Origin: an uncultured Muribaculaceae bacterium
GTDB lineage: Bacteria > Bacteroidota > Bacteroidia > Bacteroidales > UBA932
Direction of reading: 5' to 3'
Assembly (NCBI GenBank): GCA_964394295.1
Contig: CAYMVG010000004.1
Span: forward strand, 27,433 to 91,432
DNA length: 64,000 bases
Of this stretch, positions 1 to 9,840 are shown piece after piece. Under the pieces are notes generated by a model that saw only the letters and a list, made by a program, of their open reading frames with translations, was not told the DNA's origin and did no database searches. Each line of letters opens with the position of its first letter. Position 1 is the first letter of the stretch. Made by a program: the position numbers and the translations under genes.

Positions 1-1497
1 GGTGCAATCGATGCAACCGTTTCAGTGACCTATCCTGAAGACTATTTCCATCCTAAGGCCGTACTCGCAGTGACTCCTGTTATCGTTTATGACGGAGGCG
101 AAGTGAAGATGGATGACTTCATGTTCCAGGGCGAGAAAGTAAAAGACAACTATCAGGTTGTCCCTTCTGCAGGAGCTACAGTCACAAAGAAGGTACACTT
201 CGACTATGTTCCGGGAATGGAGAACTGCTACCTTGAGCTTCGCGGTGTCGTAAGCCACAAGGCAAAATCGACAGCCCTTCCTTCAAAGAAAGTCGCAGAC
301 GGAGCCAACACAACTTATATGCTCGTATGCAAGGACGGAAAGCTCGACCTTAAGGCAGACAACTACCAGGAGATCATCAAACAGACAGCCGAGGGTCAGA
401 TTCTTTATCAGATCAACAGCGCAAACGTAAGGAACAGCGAGATCAGATCAAAGTCAATCAAGGATTTCCAGGCTGCAATCGACGAAATCAAGGCCAATGA
501 GCGCAAGAACCTCATAAGCACTGACATCATCGCCTATGCATCACCTGACGGAAAAGAGGACATGAACATCAAACTTTCCGACAAGCGCTCAAATTCTGCA
601 GAGAAAGCATTCGGAAAAGTTACAAAGAACCACAAAGTCGACGCTCCTGTCAATGTTACAAGCATCGGAGAGGACTGGGAAGGTTTCCAGGAGCTCGTTG
701 CCGCATCTGACCTCGAGGACAAAGATCTCATCATCCGCGTACTTTCCATGTACAGCGACCCTGCCGTAAGGGAAAAAGAGATCAAGAATATGTCAGCCGT
801 ATACTCTACCCTCGCCAAGGAGATTCTTCCTGAGCTTCGCCGCGCAAGATTCATCACAAACGTAGAGTACATCAACTACACCAGCGAGGAGCTTCTCAAA
901 CTCATCGACGAGAACATCGACGTACTTGATGAAACTGCAATCCTCCGCGCCGCAACTCTCGTAAAAGAAACAAATGACAAGGTAGCTCTTTACAACAAGG
1001 CAATCGAGAAATTCAACAGCGCAAGCGCACAGTACAATCTTGCTGTAACCTACATCCAGGCAGGCGAACTCGGAAAGGCTGCTTCAGCTCTCAACAAATG
1101 CGAGAAAGACGCTGACTGGAACAACGCAATGGGTGTAATCGCCCTCCGCAAGAACGAGCTTGACAATGCAGCGAAGTATTTCGCAGCCTCAGGCAACGCC
1201 ACAGCTTCTGAGAACGCAGCCGTAATCGACATCCTCAAAGGAAAATACGAAGCCGCAGCATCCAAGCTTGCCGGAGCAAAGGGCTACAATGCAGCTCTTG
1301 CACAGCTTCTCGTAGGCAACACCGCACCTGCATCAGCTCTCACTTGCAACTGTCCTAACTCTGCATACCTCAAGGCCGTGGCTGCTGCCCGCCAGGGAAA
1401 TGCACAGGCTGTAAAATCAAATCTTGAGACAGCCTCAAAATGCGCAAAACTCGCAGAGAGAGCAGCAAAAGACATCGAATTCGCACAGTACAGGTAA
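1..1497 (+). CDS. OmpA-like domain + TPR repeat protein (5' truncated by window edge)
   Basis: Frame is open from position 1. Contains an OmpA-like segment (IIAYASPDG...N.KLS..R...GEDWEGF) followed by Ala-rich TPR-like helices. Codon use looks strongly biased, as in highly expressed genes. Confidence 0.75.
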   Translation, partial: GAIDATVSVTYPEDYFHPKAVLAVTPVIVYDGGEVKMDDFMFQGEKVKDNYQVVPSAGATVTKKVHFDYVPGMENCYLELRGVVSHKAKSTALPSKKVADGANTTYMLVCKDGKLDLKADNYQEIIKQTAEGQILYQINSANVRNSEIRSKSIKDFQAAIDEIKANERKNLISTDIIAYASPDGKEDMNIKLSDKRSNSAEKAFGKVTKNHKVDAPVNVTSIGEDWEGFQELVAASDLEDKDLIIRVLSMYSDPAVREKEIKNMSAVYSTLAKEILPELRRARFITNVEYINYTSEELLKLIDENIDVLDETAILRAATLVKETNDKVALYNKAIEKFNSASAQYNLAVTYIQAGELGKAASALNKCEKDADWNNAMGVIALRKNELDNAAKYFAASGNATASENAAVIDILKGKYEAAASKLAGAKGYNAALAQLLVGNTAPASALTCNCPNSAYLKAVAAARQGNAQAVKSNLETASKCAKLAERAAKDIEFAQYR

Positions 1498-1531
1498 TAA
1501 CCGCTGTCCGAACCGCCGTCATTGAATGACT

Positions 1532-1576
1532 AAAGAGGACTGGCCTGAGCCGCAAAGACTTAGGCCAGTCTTTTTT
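1532..1576. terminator. Intrinsic terminator between convergent genes
   Basis: Stem GACTGGCCTGAG (1538-1549) / CTTAGGCCAGTC (1559-1570) followed by T6. Confidence 0.85.
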
Positions 1577-1775
1577 ATTTCCTCCCGATTATGTCCATTA
1601 TCACTGAATACAGACGGAAAGAGGCCCACAAGATGAGGAGAGCATACATCGCCACGTATATTTTCGTATATGCTCCCTGACCGCTTCTGCATTGCAGAAT
1701 CATAAAGACAACAAGGGCAATCAGCACAAGAGCCATAAACACGGCATAGGCAATCTTCAATGATTTTTTGTCCAT
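1575..1775 (-). CDS. Small two-TM membrane protein (66 aa)
   Basis: MDKKSLK followed by two hydrophobic helices. ATG preceded by an A-rich leader. Confidence 0.7.
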   Translation of the reverse strand: MDKKSLKIAYAVFMALVLIALVVFMILQCRSGQGAYTKIYVAMYALLILWASFRLYSVIMDIIGRK

Positions 1776-1909
1776 AATATTCTGTTTATTTGTTGTCGGC
1801 CGCGGCAACCGGAGCCGCTGCCGTCCGGTAAAGTTAACATTTTTTGCATATTTGTCAGTCCTAATATGAAACTGTTTCTTAACTTCGTCGATTCAAACTG
1901 AGAGGCGAA

Positions 1910-3151
1910 ATGAACATTCCATTGATATTGGCCGCGACTGCGGTTCTATCCTCGGCAGCTGCATGGGCCGTTACACGGGCGGTCTTTTCCGCAAGGCTTA
2001 AAGCAGCCGCGAACAAATGCGTGATGCTTGAGGAAATACGTAAAAAAGAAGCGGAGAATGCCGCAAGGCTGGCCGAGCAGGCACAGAAGAACTACGACAA
2101 GGCCCTGAAGGAAATGAAGGAGACCATTGTGGCAAGCATGACGGCAGAAACCGAGAAACTGCTCAGAAAGCGCGGCAGTGAACTGGCAGACGGAAATGAG
2201 ACAGCAATGGCCGGCATACTGAAACCGCTTAAAGAGAGCATTGCCGCCATGGAGAAGGCGATGAAAGACAACGCCGAAAGCCACGTGGAAAATACAGCCA
2301 AACTGTCCGAGCAGCTCAGGCAGGCAGTAAAAGAGATGCAGGACAAGACTTCCGACATCGGGCACAAGGCCGATACCCTGTCAGAGGCTCTTACCGGAAA
2401 ACCAAAAGTACAGGGCTGTTTCGGGGAGAATTTTCTGGAGGCAATCCTGGCCGGAGAAGGGCTTGTGGAAGGTCTGCACTATACGCGTGAAGCGGCCAAT
2501 GAGGACAGGAGCCGTCCTGACTTCGTATTTCATTTCAAGGAAAATCTCGAACAGAAAGATCTGGTTGTCGATTCCAAAGTGTCGCTTACGGCATTTGTTG
2601 ACTATATGAATGCCGAGACTCCGGAAGCAAGGAGCGAAGCCCTTGAAAGGCATCTGAAAAGTGTCCGGAAACATATAGACGAACTTGCAAAAAAAGAATA
2701 TGCAAAGAAAACCACGAAACCGTTCGCAGATTATGTGCTTATGTTCATGCCGCGCGACATGGCATTCAGGGCGGCACTGGAGGCCGATCCCATGATATGG
2801 CAGGAGGCCTACCGCAAGGGAGTGCTCATAGCTACGGAACAGACAATAATGCCTTTCCTCAAAATCATGCAGCTGACATGGAACAAATTCCGGCATGACA
2901 CGGAGACACAGAAAATCATGGCGGCAGCCCAGAACATGATAGACAGAGTGGCGGCGTTCTATGATTCCTACAATGAACTTGGCAAAAAGCTGAAATCAGC
3001 CTGCAGTGAATACAACAAAGGCATCAGGAAACTGGAGGACAACGGCCAAAGCATAACTACTTCTGCCCGTCAGGTGATGAGCATAGGAATAAGGCGGGGC
3101 AAGGGAAAGGATTTTTCCGTTCCGCAGGAAATTATTGAAACAGAAGAGTAA
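1910..3151 (+). CDS. rmuC: DNA recombination protein RmuC
   Basis: N-terminal TM and coiled coil. Motifs QGCFGE..LE.IL, RPDFV, VDSKVSL and YVLMF.P. Confidence 0.9.
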   Translation: MNIPLILAATAVLSSAAAWAVTRAVFSARLKAAANKCVMLEEIRKKEAENAARLAEQAQKNYDKALKEMKETIVASMTAETEKLLRKRGSELADGNETAMAGILKPLKESIAAMEKAMKDNAESHVENTAKLSEQLRQAVKEMQDKTSDIGHKADTLSEALTGKPKVQGCFGENFLEAILAGEGLVEGLHYTREAANEDRSRPDFVFHFKENLEQKDLVVDSKVSLTAFVDYMNAETPEARSEALERHLKSVRKHIDELAKKEYAKKTTKPFADYVLMFMPRDMAFRAALEADPMIWQEAYRKGVLIATEQTIMPFLKIMQLTWNKFRHDTETQKIMAAAQNMIDRVAAFYDSYNELGKKLKSACSEYNKGIRKLEDNGQSITTSARQVMSIGIRRGKGKDFSVPQEIIETEE

Positions 3152-3636
3152 TGGGAAAGAAGACAGAGAAGACCAATGCAGCACGGCTGCTCGACAAGGC
3201 AGGAATAAAATACAGTCTGATACCATACGTGTTCGATGAAAACGATCTGGCAGCAAGGCACGTGGCCGAAAGCCTCGGACAGCCGATAGGGAGGGTGTTC
3301 AAGACCCTCGTCCTGCACGGTGACAGGAGCGGCCACATCGTATGTGTAATACCTGGAGACGGAGAGGTTGACTTGAAGACCTTAGCCAAAATTTCCGGCA
3401 ACAAAAAAGTGGAGATGATACCGATGAAAGAACTTCTCGGAACGACCGGATATATCCGCGGAGGCTGCTCCCCGATAGGCATGAAGAAAAAATTCCCCAC
3501 CTACTTCCATTCTACGGCAAATGACTACGAGACGATCTATATCAGTGCCGGTGTGCGCGGTCTGCAGATTGAGATTGCCCCGCAAGACCTCATAAAATTC
3601 GTGGACGGAACTGTAGGTGATGTCGCATCTTTCTAA
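3151..3636 (+). CDS. ybaK: Cys-tRNA(Pro) deacylase YbaK/EbsC
   Basis: KTNAARLLD, VFKTLV, GYIRGGCSPIGMKK and SAG.RG motifs. Confidence 0.95.
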   Translation: MGKKTEKTNAARLLDKAGIKYSLIPYVFDENDLAARHVAESLGQPIGRVFKTLVLHGDRSGHIVCVIPGDGEVDLKTLAKISGNKKVEMIPMKELLGTTGYIRGGCSPIGMKKKFPTYFHSTANDYETIYISAGVRGLQIEIAPQDLIKFVDGTVGDVASF

Positions 3637-3658
3637 AAGCGCCGGAAAGCCATAAATT

Positions 3659-3696
3659 TTACCCCCGTCAGAATGAACTCTGATGGGGGTAATTTC
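3659..3696. terminator. Bidirectional terminator between ybaK and fusA2
   Basis: TTACCCCCGTCAGA-6 nt-TCTGATGGGGGTAA hairpin between convergent genes. Confidence 0.8.
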
Positions 3697-3719
3697 CAAT
3701 TTTGAGACTTGCCGGAGTC

Positions 3720-5873
3720 TTAGTCTTCTTTCTCCTGCTCAAGATAAGCCTTGAGGAGCTTCTCCTGCACATCGCCAGGAACAGGCTGATAGTCCGCGAA
3801 CTCCATGCTGAATGTGGCACTTCCTGAAGTAAGCGAGCTGAGTGCGGTAGAATACTTGTAAAGCTCTGCAAGAGGAACGCGCGCCTTGATGGTGTCAAAG
3901 CCTTTGTCTGTACCCATACCCTCGATAAGCGCACGGCGGTTCTGAAGGTCGGACATACATGAGCCCATATATTCAGTCGGAGTCAGTACCTCGACATTGT
4001 AGATAGGCTCCATGATCTTAGGGCCTGCATTGCGGAATGCCTCCTTGAAAGCATTTCGGGCCGCCAGAACGAATGAGATTTCGTTCGAGTCAACCGGATG
4101 CATCTTTCCGTCATATACATAGACCCTGATGTCACGTGCGAGAGAACCGGTAAGCGGTCCTTCGTTCATCTTGTCATTGATACCTTTGAGAATCGCCGGC
4201 ATAAAGCGGGCGTCGATCGCACCTCCGACGATACAGTTGTAGAACTCCAGCTTTCCGCCCCACGGAAGGTCATACGACTCCTTGCCTTTGACATTCAGGA
4301 CAACTTCCTTTCCGTCGATCTTGAATTTGTTTCCTCCTTCGACTCCTTCTACATAAGGGCAGACGAGAAGGTGAACCTCTCCGAACTGACCAGCTCCGCC
4401 GGACTGTTTCTTATGGCGGTAGTCGGCTGCAGCGACCTTGGTTATGGTCTCGCGATAAGAAATGCGAGGTGCAAACATATCGATCTCGATCTTGTTCTCA
4501 TTTTTGAGTCTCCATTTGACGATGTTGATATGATGCTCGCCCTGGCCTTTCAGAATGGTCTGTTTGAGTTCTTTTGAATATTCTACTATGATCGTAGGAT
4601 CCTCGGCAGCCATCTTGTTGAGGGCTTCGGTCATCTTCTCCTCATCCTTCTGCTCCTTCGCCTTGATTGCAGTACGGAATTTCGACTTAGGGAAATTGAT
4701 ATGCTCGAAAGCGATGTCTGTTCCAGGAGTGCAGAGAGTGACATTTGTCTTTGCCGCACGCAGCTTCACCGTACATCCTATGTCGCCGGCAAGAAGATCA
4801 GTAACCCTCTCTTTTTTCTTTCCTGCCACTGCATATATAGTGGTTATCCTTTCCTTGTCTCCGGTCTCAGGATTCTCAAGGTCCATACCCTCGGTAAGCT
4901 CTCCTGACATCACCTTAAAGTAGGCGACTTCTCCGAGATGCTGCTCCACGGCTGTCTTGTATATGAACAGGGTCGTAGGGGCCTCCTGCTTGCACTCCAC
5001 CTCTTTCCCGTCCTTCGTAACGGCCTTGTGCTCCGCAGGGGACGCGGCAACCTTGATTGTGAACTCCATGAGCCTCTTGACTCCGATGTCCTTCTTTGCA
5101 GACAGGCAGAATACAGGATATACATCTCCTGCGCGGCAGCCGATGCCGAGACCTTTTCTGATTTCGTCCTCTGAAAGCACGCCGGCCTCGAAGAATGTCT
5201 CCATTAGAGTGTCGTCATATTCCGCAGCCCTTTCTATAAGCTCCTGCCTCAAAGCCTCAGCCTCCTCGAGGTGCTCTGCCGGAATCTCAAGGTCTTCGCG
5301 TTTTCCGTTGTCATCGAGGAAATGGTAATATTTCATCTTGAGGACATCGATGAAGCCGTCGAAGCCGGGACCGGCATTGACCGGATACTGTATGATGACG
5401 GGCCTTTTTCCGAAAGAGGCATTCATTGTCTCAAGAACGTTCTCCCATGAGGCCTTTTCTCCGTCAAGCTGGTTGACGGCAATAATCATAGGTATGCCGT
5501 ATTCTTTTGCATATCTTGAGAAAATACGTGTGCCGACTTCCACGCCCTGCTGGGCATTTATTACGAGGATGCCGGTATCGCAGACCTTGAAAGCGGACAC
5601 TGCGCCGCCCACGAAATCATCCGCGCCCGGAGTATCCACGATATTGAACTTCACATCCATAAATTCCGCATACAGCGGAGTAGCATAAATCGACCTCTGG
5701 TTGACCTGCTCTATCTCGGAATTGTCGGAAACGGTATTCTTGGCTTCTACTGTTCCCCTTCTGTCAATCACTTTGCCTTCATAAAGCATGGCTTCAGACA
5801 ATGTGGTCTTGCCTGACTTGGTACTGCCAAGAAGAACCACATTACGGATGTTTTGGGTGGAATAAGTTTTCAT
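3720..5873 (-). CDS. fusA2: Elongation factor G paralogue (EF-G2)
   Basis: G1 GSTKSGKTT, DTPGA in place of DTPGH, NQLD, GQGEHH, YRETI, KKQSGGAGQF. Carries the Bacteroidetes EF-G2-type domain IV insert. Confidence 0.92.
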   Translation of the reverse strand: MKTYSTQNIRNVVLLGSTKSGKTTLSEAMLYEGKVIDRRGTVEAKNTVSDNSEIEQVNQRSIYATPLYAEFMDVKFNIVDTPGADDFVGGAVSAFKVCDTGILVINAQQGVEVGTRIFSRYAKEYGIPMIIAVNQLDGEKASWENVLETMNASFGKRPVIIQYPVNAGPGFDGFIDVLKMKYYHFLDDNGKREDLEIPAEHLEEAEALRQELIERAAEYDDTLMETFFEAGVLSEDEIRKGLGIGCRAGDVYPVFCLSAKKDIGVKRLMEFTIKVAASPAEHKAVTKDGKEVECKQEAPTTLFIYKTAVEQHLGEVAYFKVMSGELTEGMDLENPETGDKERITTIYAVAGKKKERVTDLLAGDIGCTVKLRAAKTNVTLCTPGTDIAFEHINFPKSKFRTAIKAKEQKDEEKMTEALNKMAAEDPTIIVEYSKELKQTILKGQGEHHINIVKWRLKNENKIEIDMFAPRISYRETITKVAAADYRHKKQSGGAGQFGEVHLLVCPYVEGVEGGNKFKIDGKEVVLNVKGKESYDLPWGGKLEFYNCIVGGAIDARFMPAILKGINDKMNEGPLTGSLARDIRVYVYDGKMHPVDSNEISFVLAARNAFKEAFRNAGPKIMEPIYNVEVLTPTEYMGSCMSDLQNRRALIEGMGTDKGFDTIKARVPLAELYKYSTALSSLTSGSATFSMEFADYQPVPGDVQEKLLKAYLEQEKED

Positions 5874-5935
5874 TTTCCTATCTGTTTTGTGTTATTAGTT
5901 TTGCAGTGCTGCGCCGTCATTCCGACGCATCTTTG

Positions 5936-5943
5936 CAAATCTA
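5936..5943 (-). promoter_or_regulatory. Bacteroidetes -7 promoter box for fusA2
   Basis: TAGATTTG on the minus strand (TAnnTTTG), about 60 nt upstream of the ATG. Confidence 0.6.
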
Positions 5944-6150
5944 ATGAAATTCTGCGGCAATGTCAATAGAAGACGGCAGTTTTTGCGACATTTGCAGCTC
6001 AAGCTCAGCCTGAATCTCACGTACATTCATGCCGAATCTTTCATAAAAAAGGTTGTCAAGGGCAACGGGAATCTTTTCGCAGGACGCCGTTCCGTCCAGA
6101 ATCATTGAGCAAAGGCGCTCATATTCTTTTTCAATCCGTTTATAACTCAT
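5941..6150 (-). CDS. Small hypothetical protein
   Basis: ORF of about 69 aa (MSYKRIEKEYERL...LDNLFYERFGM) filling the gap and divergent from the XRE gene. Helical, protein-like composition. Confidence 0.5.
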   Translation of the reverse strand: MSYKRIEKEYERLCSMILDGTASCEKIPVALDNLFYERFGMNVREIQAELELQMSQKLPSSIDIAAEFH

Positions 6151-6321
6151 GCTTTTTTCTTGCAAAATTGAGAAGCATCACCGGAAAAGGCAAAGATTTG
6201 TGGCAAAATACAAGAAAAACACACATATTAATTTCTCTATTTTTAGATTATTTCTTTATTTTAAACGGATTTGCTTGCTTTTCATCGGCTTTTCTTGTTT
6301 ATCGAGCATTTTCATAAAGGA

Positions 6322-6329
6322 TAATTTTG
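6322..6329 (+). promoter_or_regulatory. -7 promoter box for XRE regulator
   Basis: TAATTTTG ending 27 nt before ATG 6356. Confidence 0.55.
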
Positions 6330-6355
6330 TCCTCCAGCAAAACTATGGACTGGAT

Positions 6356-6751
6356 ATGGACAATAATTCCATCAAAGACAACATTCGCCGCATAAGGAAA
6401 TCCCGAAAGATGACGCAGGAGGAAATGGCGCACAGGCTCGGCATCTCCCTGACTGCATACCGTGACCTCGAACGGGGAAATACGTCTGTCGTGAACGGAA
6501 ACATCATGCGGATTGCAGAACTGTTCGACACGTCGACCGAAGAAATCGTTCTGGGCTACCGGCCTGCGCAGATTCACAACGATGTACTTGAAGACGTGAA
6601 AGAGGAGTACAACACGAAGGTAAGAAATCTTGAAAGGAGGGTCAAAGACCTGGAGCAGCTGGCAGAAAGCCTCAAAGAGACCATTGAAAGCAAAAATGAA
6701 ATAATCCTTATGCTTAAGAAATCGATCGATGCAGAAAATTCGGTGCAATAG
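6356..6751 (+). CDS. XRE/Cro-CI family HTH regulator with C-terminal coiled coil
   Basis: NIRRIRKSRKMTQEEMAHRLGISLTAYRDLERG is an HTH_3 pattern, followed by a heptad-rich tail. The upstream ORF extension is AT-rich and judged non-coding. Confidence 0.88.
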   Translation: MDNNSIKDNIRRIRKSRKMTQEEMAHRLGISLTAYRDLERGNTSVVNGNIMRIAELFDTSTEEIVLGYRPAQIHNDVLEDVKEEYNTKVRNLERRVKDLEQLAESLKETIESKNEIILMLKKSIDAENSVQ

Positions 6752-6880
6752 ACGCTTTCTCTTGTCATTGGGAAACTGTGCCGCCTTTTTCTTTTATGGT
6801 TTTCCGGTGTTTCATCATGACTTTCGGAAATAATTCATAAATTTATAATGATAAATATTCAAACAGTTTCTTAAAAACGG

Positions 6881-6888
6881 TATCTTTG
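6881..6888 (+). promoter_or_regulatory. -7 promoter box for rnhB
   Basis: TATCTTTG ends 6 nt before ATG 6895. Confidence 0.6.
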
Positions 6889-6894
6889 CGGGCT

Positions 6895-7548
6895 ATGGAT
6901 GCCCATCTGTTAAATTATCTGAATGAAAATGCAATAGAGGCAGGCTGCGACGAAGCCGGACGCGGTCCGCTTGCAGGTCCTGTATTTGCCGCCGCCGTCA
7001 TCCTGCCGCACGACTTTCACCACCCGCTTCTCAACGACTCAAAGAAGATGACCGAAAAGGCAAGGGACATTCTCCGTCCTGTAATCGAGGCGGAAGCCGT
7101 TGCATGGGCGGTAGCGTCATTGAGCGCGGAGGAAATCGACAGGATAAACATCCTTAACGCATCGATTGCCGGAATGTGGAGGGCGGTGGATGCGCTCGGG
7201 ACCCTTCCGGAATGTCTCCTGATAGACGGCAACCGGTTCAGGACGTACAAGACTACCGGAGACAGCCATATCGCACCGGAAAGGATTCCTTTATATGACA
7301 GGATGCCGTTTGAATGCATCGTAAAGGGAGACGGCAAATTCGCGCCTATTGCGGCAGCTTCTGTCCTTGCGAAAACGTACAGGGACGAATATATGAGAAA
7401 CATCGCAAAGGAATATCCGGAATACGGCTGGGACAGAAATATGGGCTACCCGACAAAAGAGCATATAGATGCGGTAAGGAGGCTTGGGATGACTCCGCAC
7501 CACAGGAAGTCATTCCACGTAAAGGAACTGGAGGCTACGCTTTTCTGA
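6895..7548 (+). CDS. rnhB: Ribonuclease HII
   Basis: GCDEAGRGPLAGPV, LNDSKK, LIDGN, VKGD, IAAASVLAK and GYPT..H motifs. Confidence 0.96.
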   Translation: MDAHLLNYLNENAIEAGCDEAGRGPLAGPVFAAAVILPHDFHHPLLNDSKKMTEKARDILRPVIEAEAVAWAVASLSAEEIDRINILNASIAGMWRAVDALGTLPECLLIDGNRFRTYKTTGDSHIAPERIPLYDRMPFECIVKGDGKFAPIAAASVLAKTYRDEYMRNIAKEYPEYGWDRNMGYPTKEHIDAVRRLGMTPHHRKSFHVKELEATLF

Positions 7549-7626
7549 AATGTCCCTCACAGAACAGGGAACGGAACACAGAACTGCTTCCGCAAAAGTT
7601 TACAGACCATAAAAATGATAAACGAT

Positions 7627-9777
7627 ATGAAAAAAAGGATTCTTTGTATTTTTACTGCCCTGGCCGTATTCGCGTCGGGCGCATGGGCAGACGAAGGAAT
7701 GTGGATGCTTCCGCTTCTGCAGAAAATGAACGGAAAGGCACTGGAACAGGCCGGATGCAGGCTCACGCCGGAGCAGATATACAGCATCAACCGCTCGTCC
7801 CTCAAGGATGCGGTTGTACAGTTCGGAGGCGGATGTACCGGAGAGATAATCTCAGGAGAAGGCCTTCTTGTAACCAACCACCACTGCGGCTACGGAAGCA
7901 TACAGAAACTCAGTTCGGTAGAGCATGACTATCTCAAAGACGGCTACTGGGCAATGAACCGCTCCGAGGAACTTCCTTGCGAGGGCCTGTCCGTGACTTT
8001 TTTAGAGTATATGCAGGATGTCACGGCTGTCATAGAGAAAGCAAAGAAAAAGGCCGAAAAACAGTACAGGGGCCAGGATGACAAGGATAAATCTGTTATG
8101 GAGGCAGTACAGAAGGAATATGACAGGCTCATCAGTGAGGCTGAGAAGAACAATCCTTACTGCGAAGCCGGCATCGTGCCTTTCTATGACAACAATGTAT
8201 ATTACCTTATAGTCGGCAAGGTGTACAATGACGTGCGCTTTGTCGGTGCACCGCCTTCATCAATCGGAAAGTTCGGCGCTGACACCGACAACTGGATGTG
8301 GCCGCGCCATACCGGTGACTTCTCCATGTTCCGCGTATATGCGGACAAGGACAACAACCCTGCGGAATATTCACCGGAAAATGTGCCTTACACCCCTAAA
8401 AAGAGCCTCAAAATTTCGCTCAGGGGAATACAGGAGGGAGACTATACCATGATTATGGGCTATCCGGGACGCACGACCCGTTTCCAGACTTCTCCGGAAC
8501 TGAAATTCCAGATTGAGCAGAATGACATAAGGATTGCCGCCCGCACTGTACGGCAGAACTTCATGATGGAGGATATGCTTGCAGAGCCCAAGGTGAAGAT
8601 ACAGTATGCAAGCAAGTATTCCGGCTCATCGAACGGCTGGAAGAAATGGCAGGGAATGAAACTGGCTTTCGACAAGCTGAACATAATCGGCCGCGCAGAG
8701 GATGATGAGACGGCATTTACGGCATGGGTCGGAGATAACGGCAAAAGGGAAGAGCAGTACGGCAAGGCGATGGAGACAATCCGTGAAGCCGTCGATGCAC
8801 AGAGAGATGCATACCATGTATATACTGCGCTTGCAGAGTCCGCTGCGAAGATTGAGCTGGCAAGTGCAGCGAACTCGTTCAGCAGAACGCTCAAAGCCAT
8901 CGACATGTCAGACACGCTGGCTGCCCTGAGAACTGCCGCAGAAAAGCTCGGCGCATTCTATAAGGATTACTCTGCCAGTACTGACCGCAAGATTTCCAAG
9001 GCAATGCTCAAGTTCTACAGGGACAATGTGGCTCCGGAATATTATCTTGACCTCGGAGAGGATTTCGGCACTATGGATATCGACAAATATGTCGATGAAT
9101 TGTTTGACAGAAGCGTATTCACTTCGCCGGAGAAACTTTCGGCAGCGATTTCGGAATATGGCAATGAAGTCCTCGACGACCCTGTGTTCAAGGTTGGAAA
9201 GGCAATCAGCAAAACTGCTTCAAAAATCTACCCTGTGCTGACGGAAAAACAGACGGAACTGGCCAAAGGCCGCAAGGCATACACGGCAGGTCTTCTGGAA
9301 TGGAGAAAGGGGGAACCGTCATATCCGGATGCCAATTTCACTATGCGCCTTACATACGGCTCGGTCAAGCCTTACTCGCCTAAAGACGCAGTAATATACA
9401 GATACTATACGACTCTGGACGGTGTGATGGAAAAGGAAGACCCGGACAACTGGGAGTTCGTGGTTCCCGAGAAGCTGAAAGAGCTGTGGGAGGCAAAGGA
9501 TTTCGGACAGTACGCAATGGCGGACGGAAAAATGCCTGTCGCCTTCCTCTCAAACAATGACATTACCGGAGGAAACTCAGGCTCACCGGTGCTGAATGCT
9601 GACGGAGAGCTTATAGGACTGGCCTTTGACGGCAACTGGGAGTCGATGAGCAGCGATGTGATGTTCGAGCCGGATCTGCAGAGATGTATCAATGTGGATA
9701 TAAGATATGTCCTTTTTATCGTGGACAAATTCGGAGGCGCCGGATATCTGCTCGATGAAATGGATATTGTAAAATAG
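7627..9777 (+). CDS. S46 family dipeptidyl peptidase, DPP7 type
   Basis: Signal peptide then DEGMW, TNHHC, DNWMWPRHTGDFS and TGGNSGSPV. GLAFDGNWE has Gly rather than the Arg of DPP11. Alternative start at 7615. Confidence 0.93.
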   Translation: MKKRILCIFTALAVFASGAWADEGMWMLPLLQKMNGKALEQAGCRLTPEQIYSINRSSLKDAVVQFGGGCTGEIISGEGLLVTNHHCGYGSIQKLSSVEHDYLKDGYWAMNRSEELPCEGLSVTFLEYMQDVTAVIEKAKKKAEKQYRGQDDKDKSVMEAVQKEYDRLISEAEKNNPYCEAGIVPFYDNNVYYLIVGKVYNDVRFVGAPPSSIGKFGADTDNWMWPRHTGDFSMFRVYADKDNNPAEYSPENVPYTPKKSLKISLRGIQEGDYTMIMGYPGRTTRFQTSPELKFQIEQNDIRIAARTVRQNFMMEDMLAEPKVKIQYASKYSGSSNGWKKWQGMKLAFDKLNIIGRAEDDETAFTAWVGDNGKREEQYGKAMETIREAVDAQRDAYHVYTALAESAAKIELASAANSFSRTLKAIDMSDTLAALRTAAEKLGAFYKDYSASTDRKISKAMLKFYRDNVAPEYYLDLGEDFGTMDIDKYVDELFDRSVFTSPEKLSAAISEYGNEVLDDPVFKVGKAISKTASKIYPVLTEKQTELAKGRKAYTAGLLEWRKGEPSYPDANFTMRLTYGSVKPYSPKDAVIYRYYTTLDGVMEKEDPDNWEFVVPEKLKELWEAKDFGQYAMADGKMPVAFLSNNDITGGNSGSPVLNADGELIGLAFDGNWESMSSDVMFEPDLQRCINVDIRYVLFIVDKFGGAGYLLDEMDIVK

Positions 9778-9840
9778 ATGAGTGCAAGTCTCTTCACGGG
9801 AGGGGACTTCGCTTGTCGCTTATTAATGTATCATGACCAA

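Noticed and set aside
5944-6000. Cur (BT4338)-type site upstream of fusA2
   Set aside because: No convincing TATGTT-n4-AACATA-like dyad is visible.
6149-6355. N-terminal 69-aa extension of the XRE ORF
   Set aside because: AT-rich promoter-like DNA with a -7 box just before ATG 6356.
6356-6751. XRE gene as a prophage or ICE marker
   Set aside because: No integrase, att-like repeats or phage genes, and the flanks are housekeeping genes.
9786-9809. Terminator between the S46 peptidase gene and mrp
   Set aside because: A hairpin with G-U pairs exists but lacks a good U-tract. It may only stabilise the mRNA, so it was not called.
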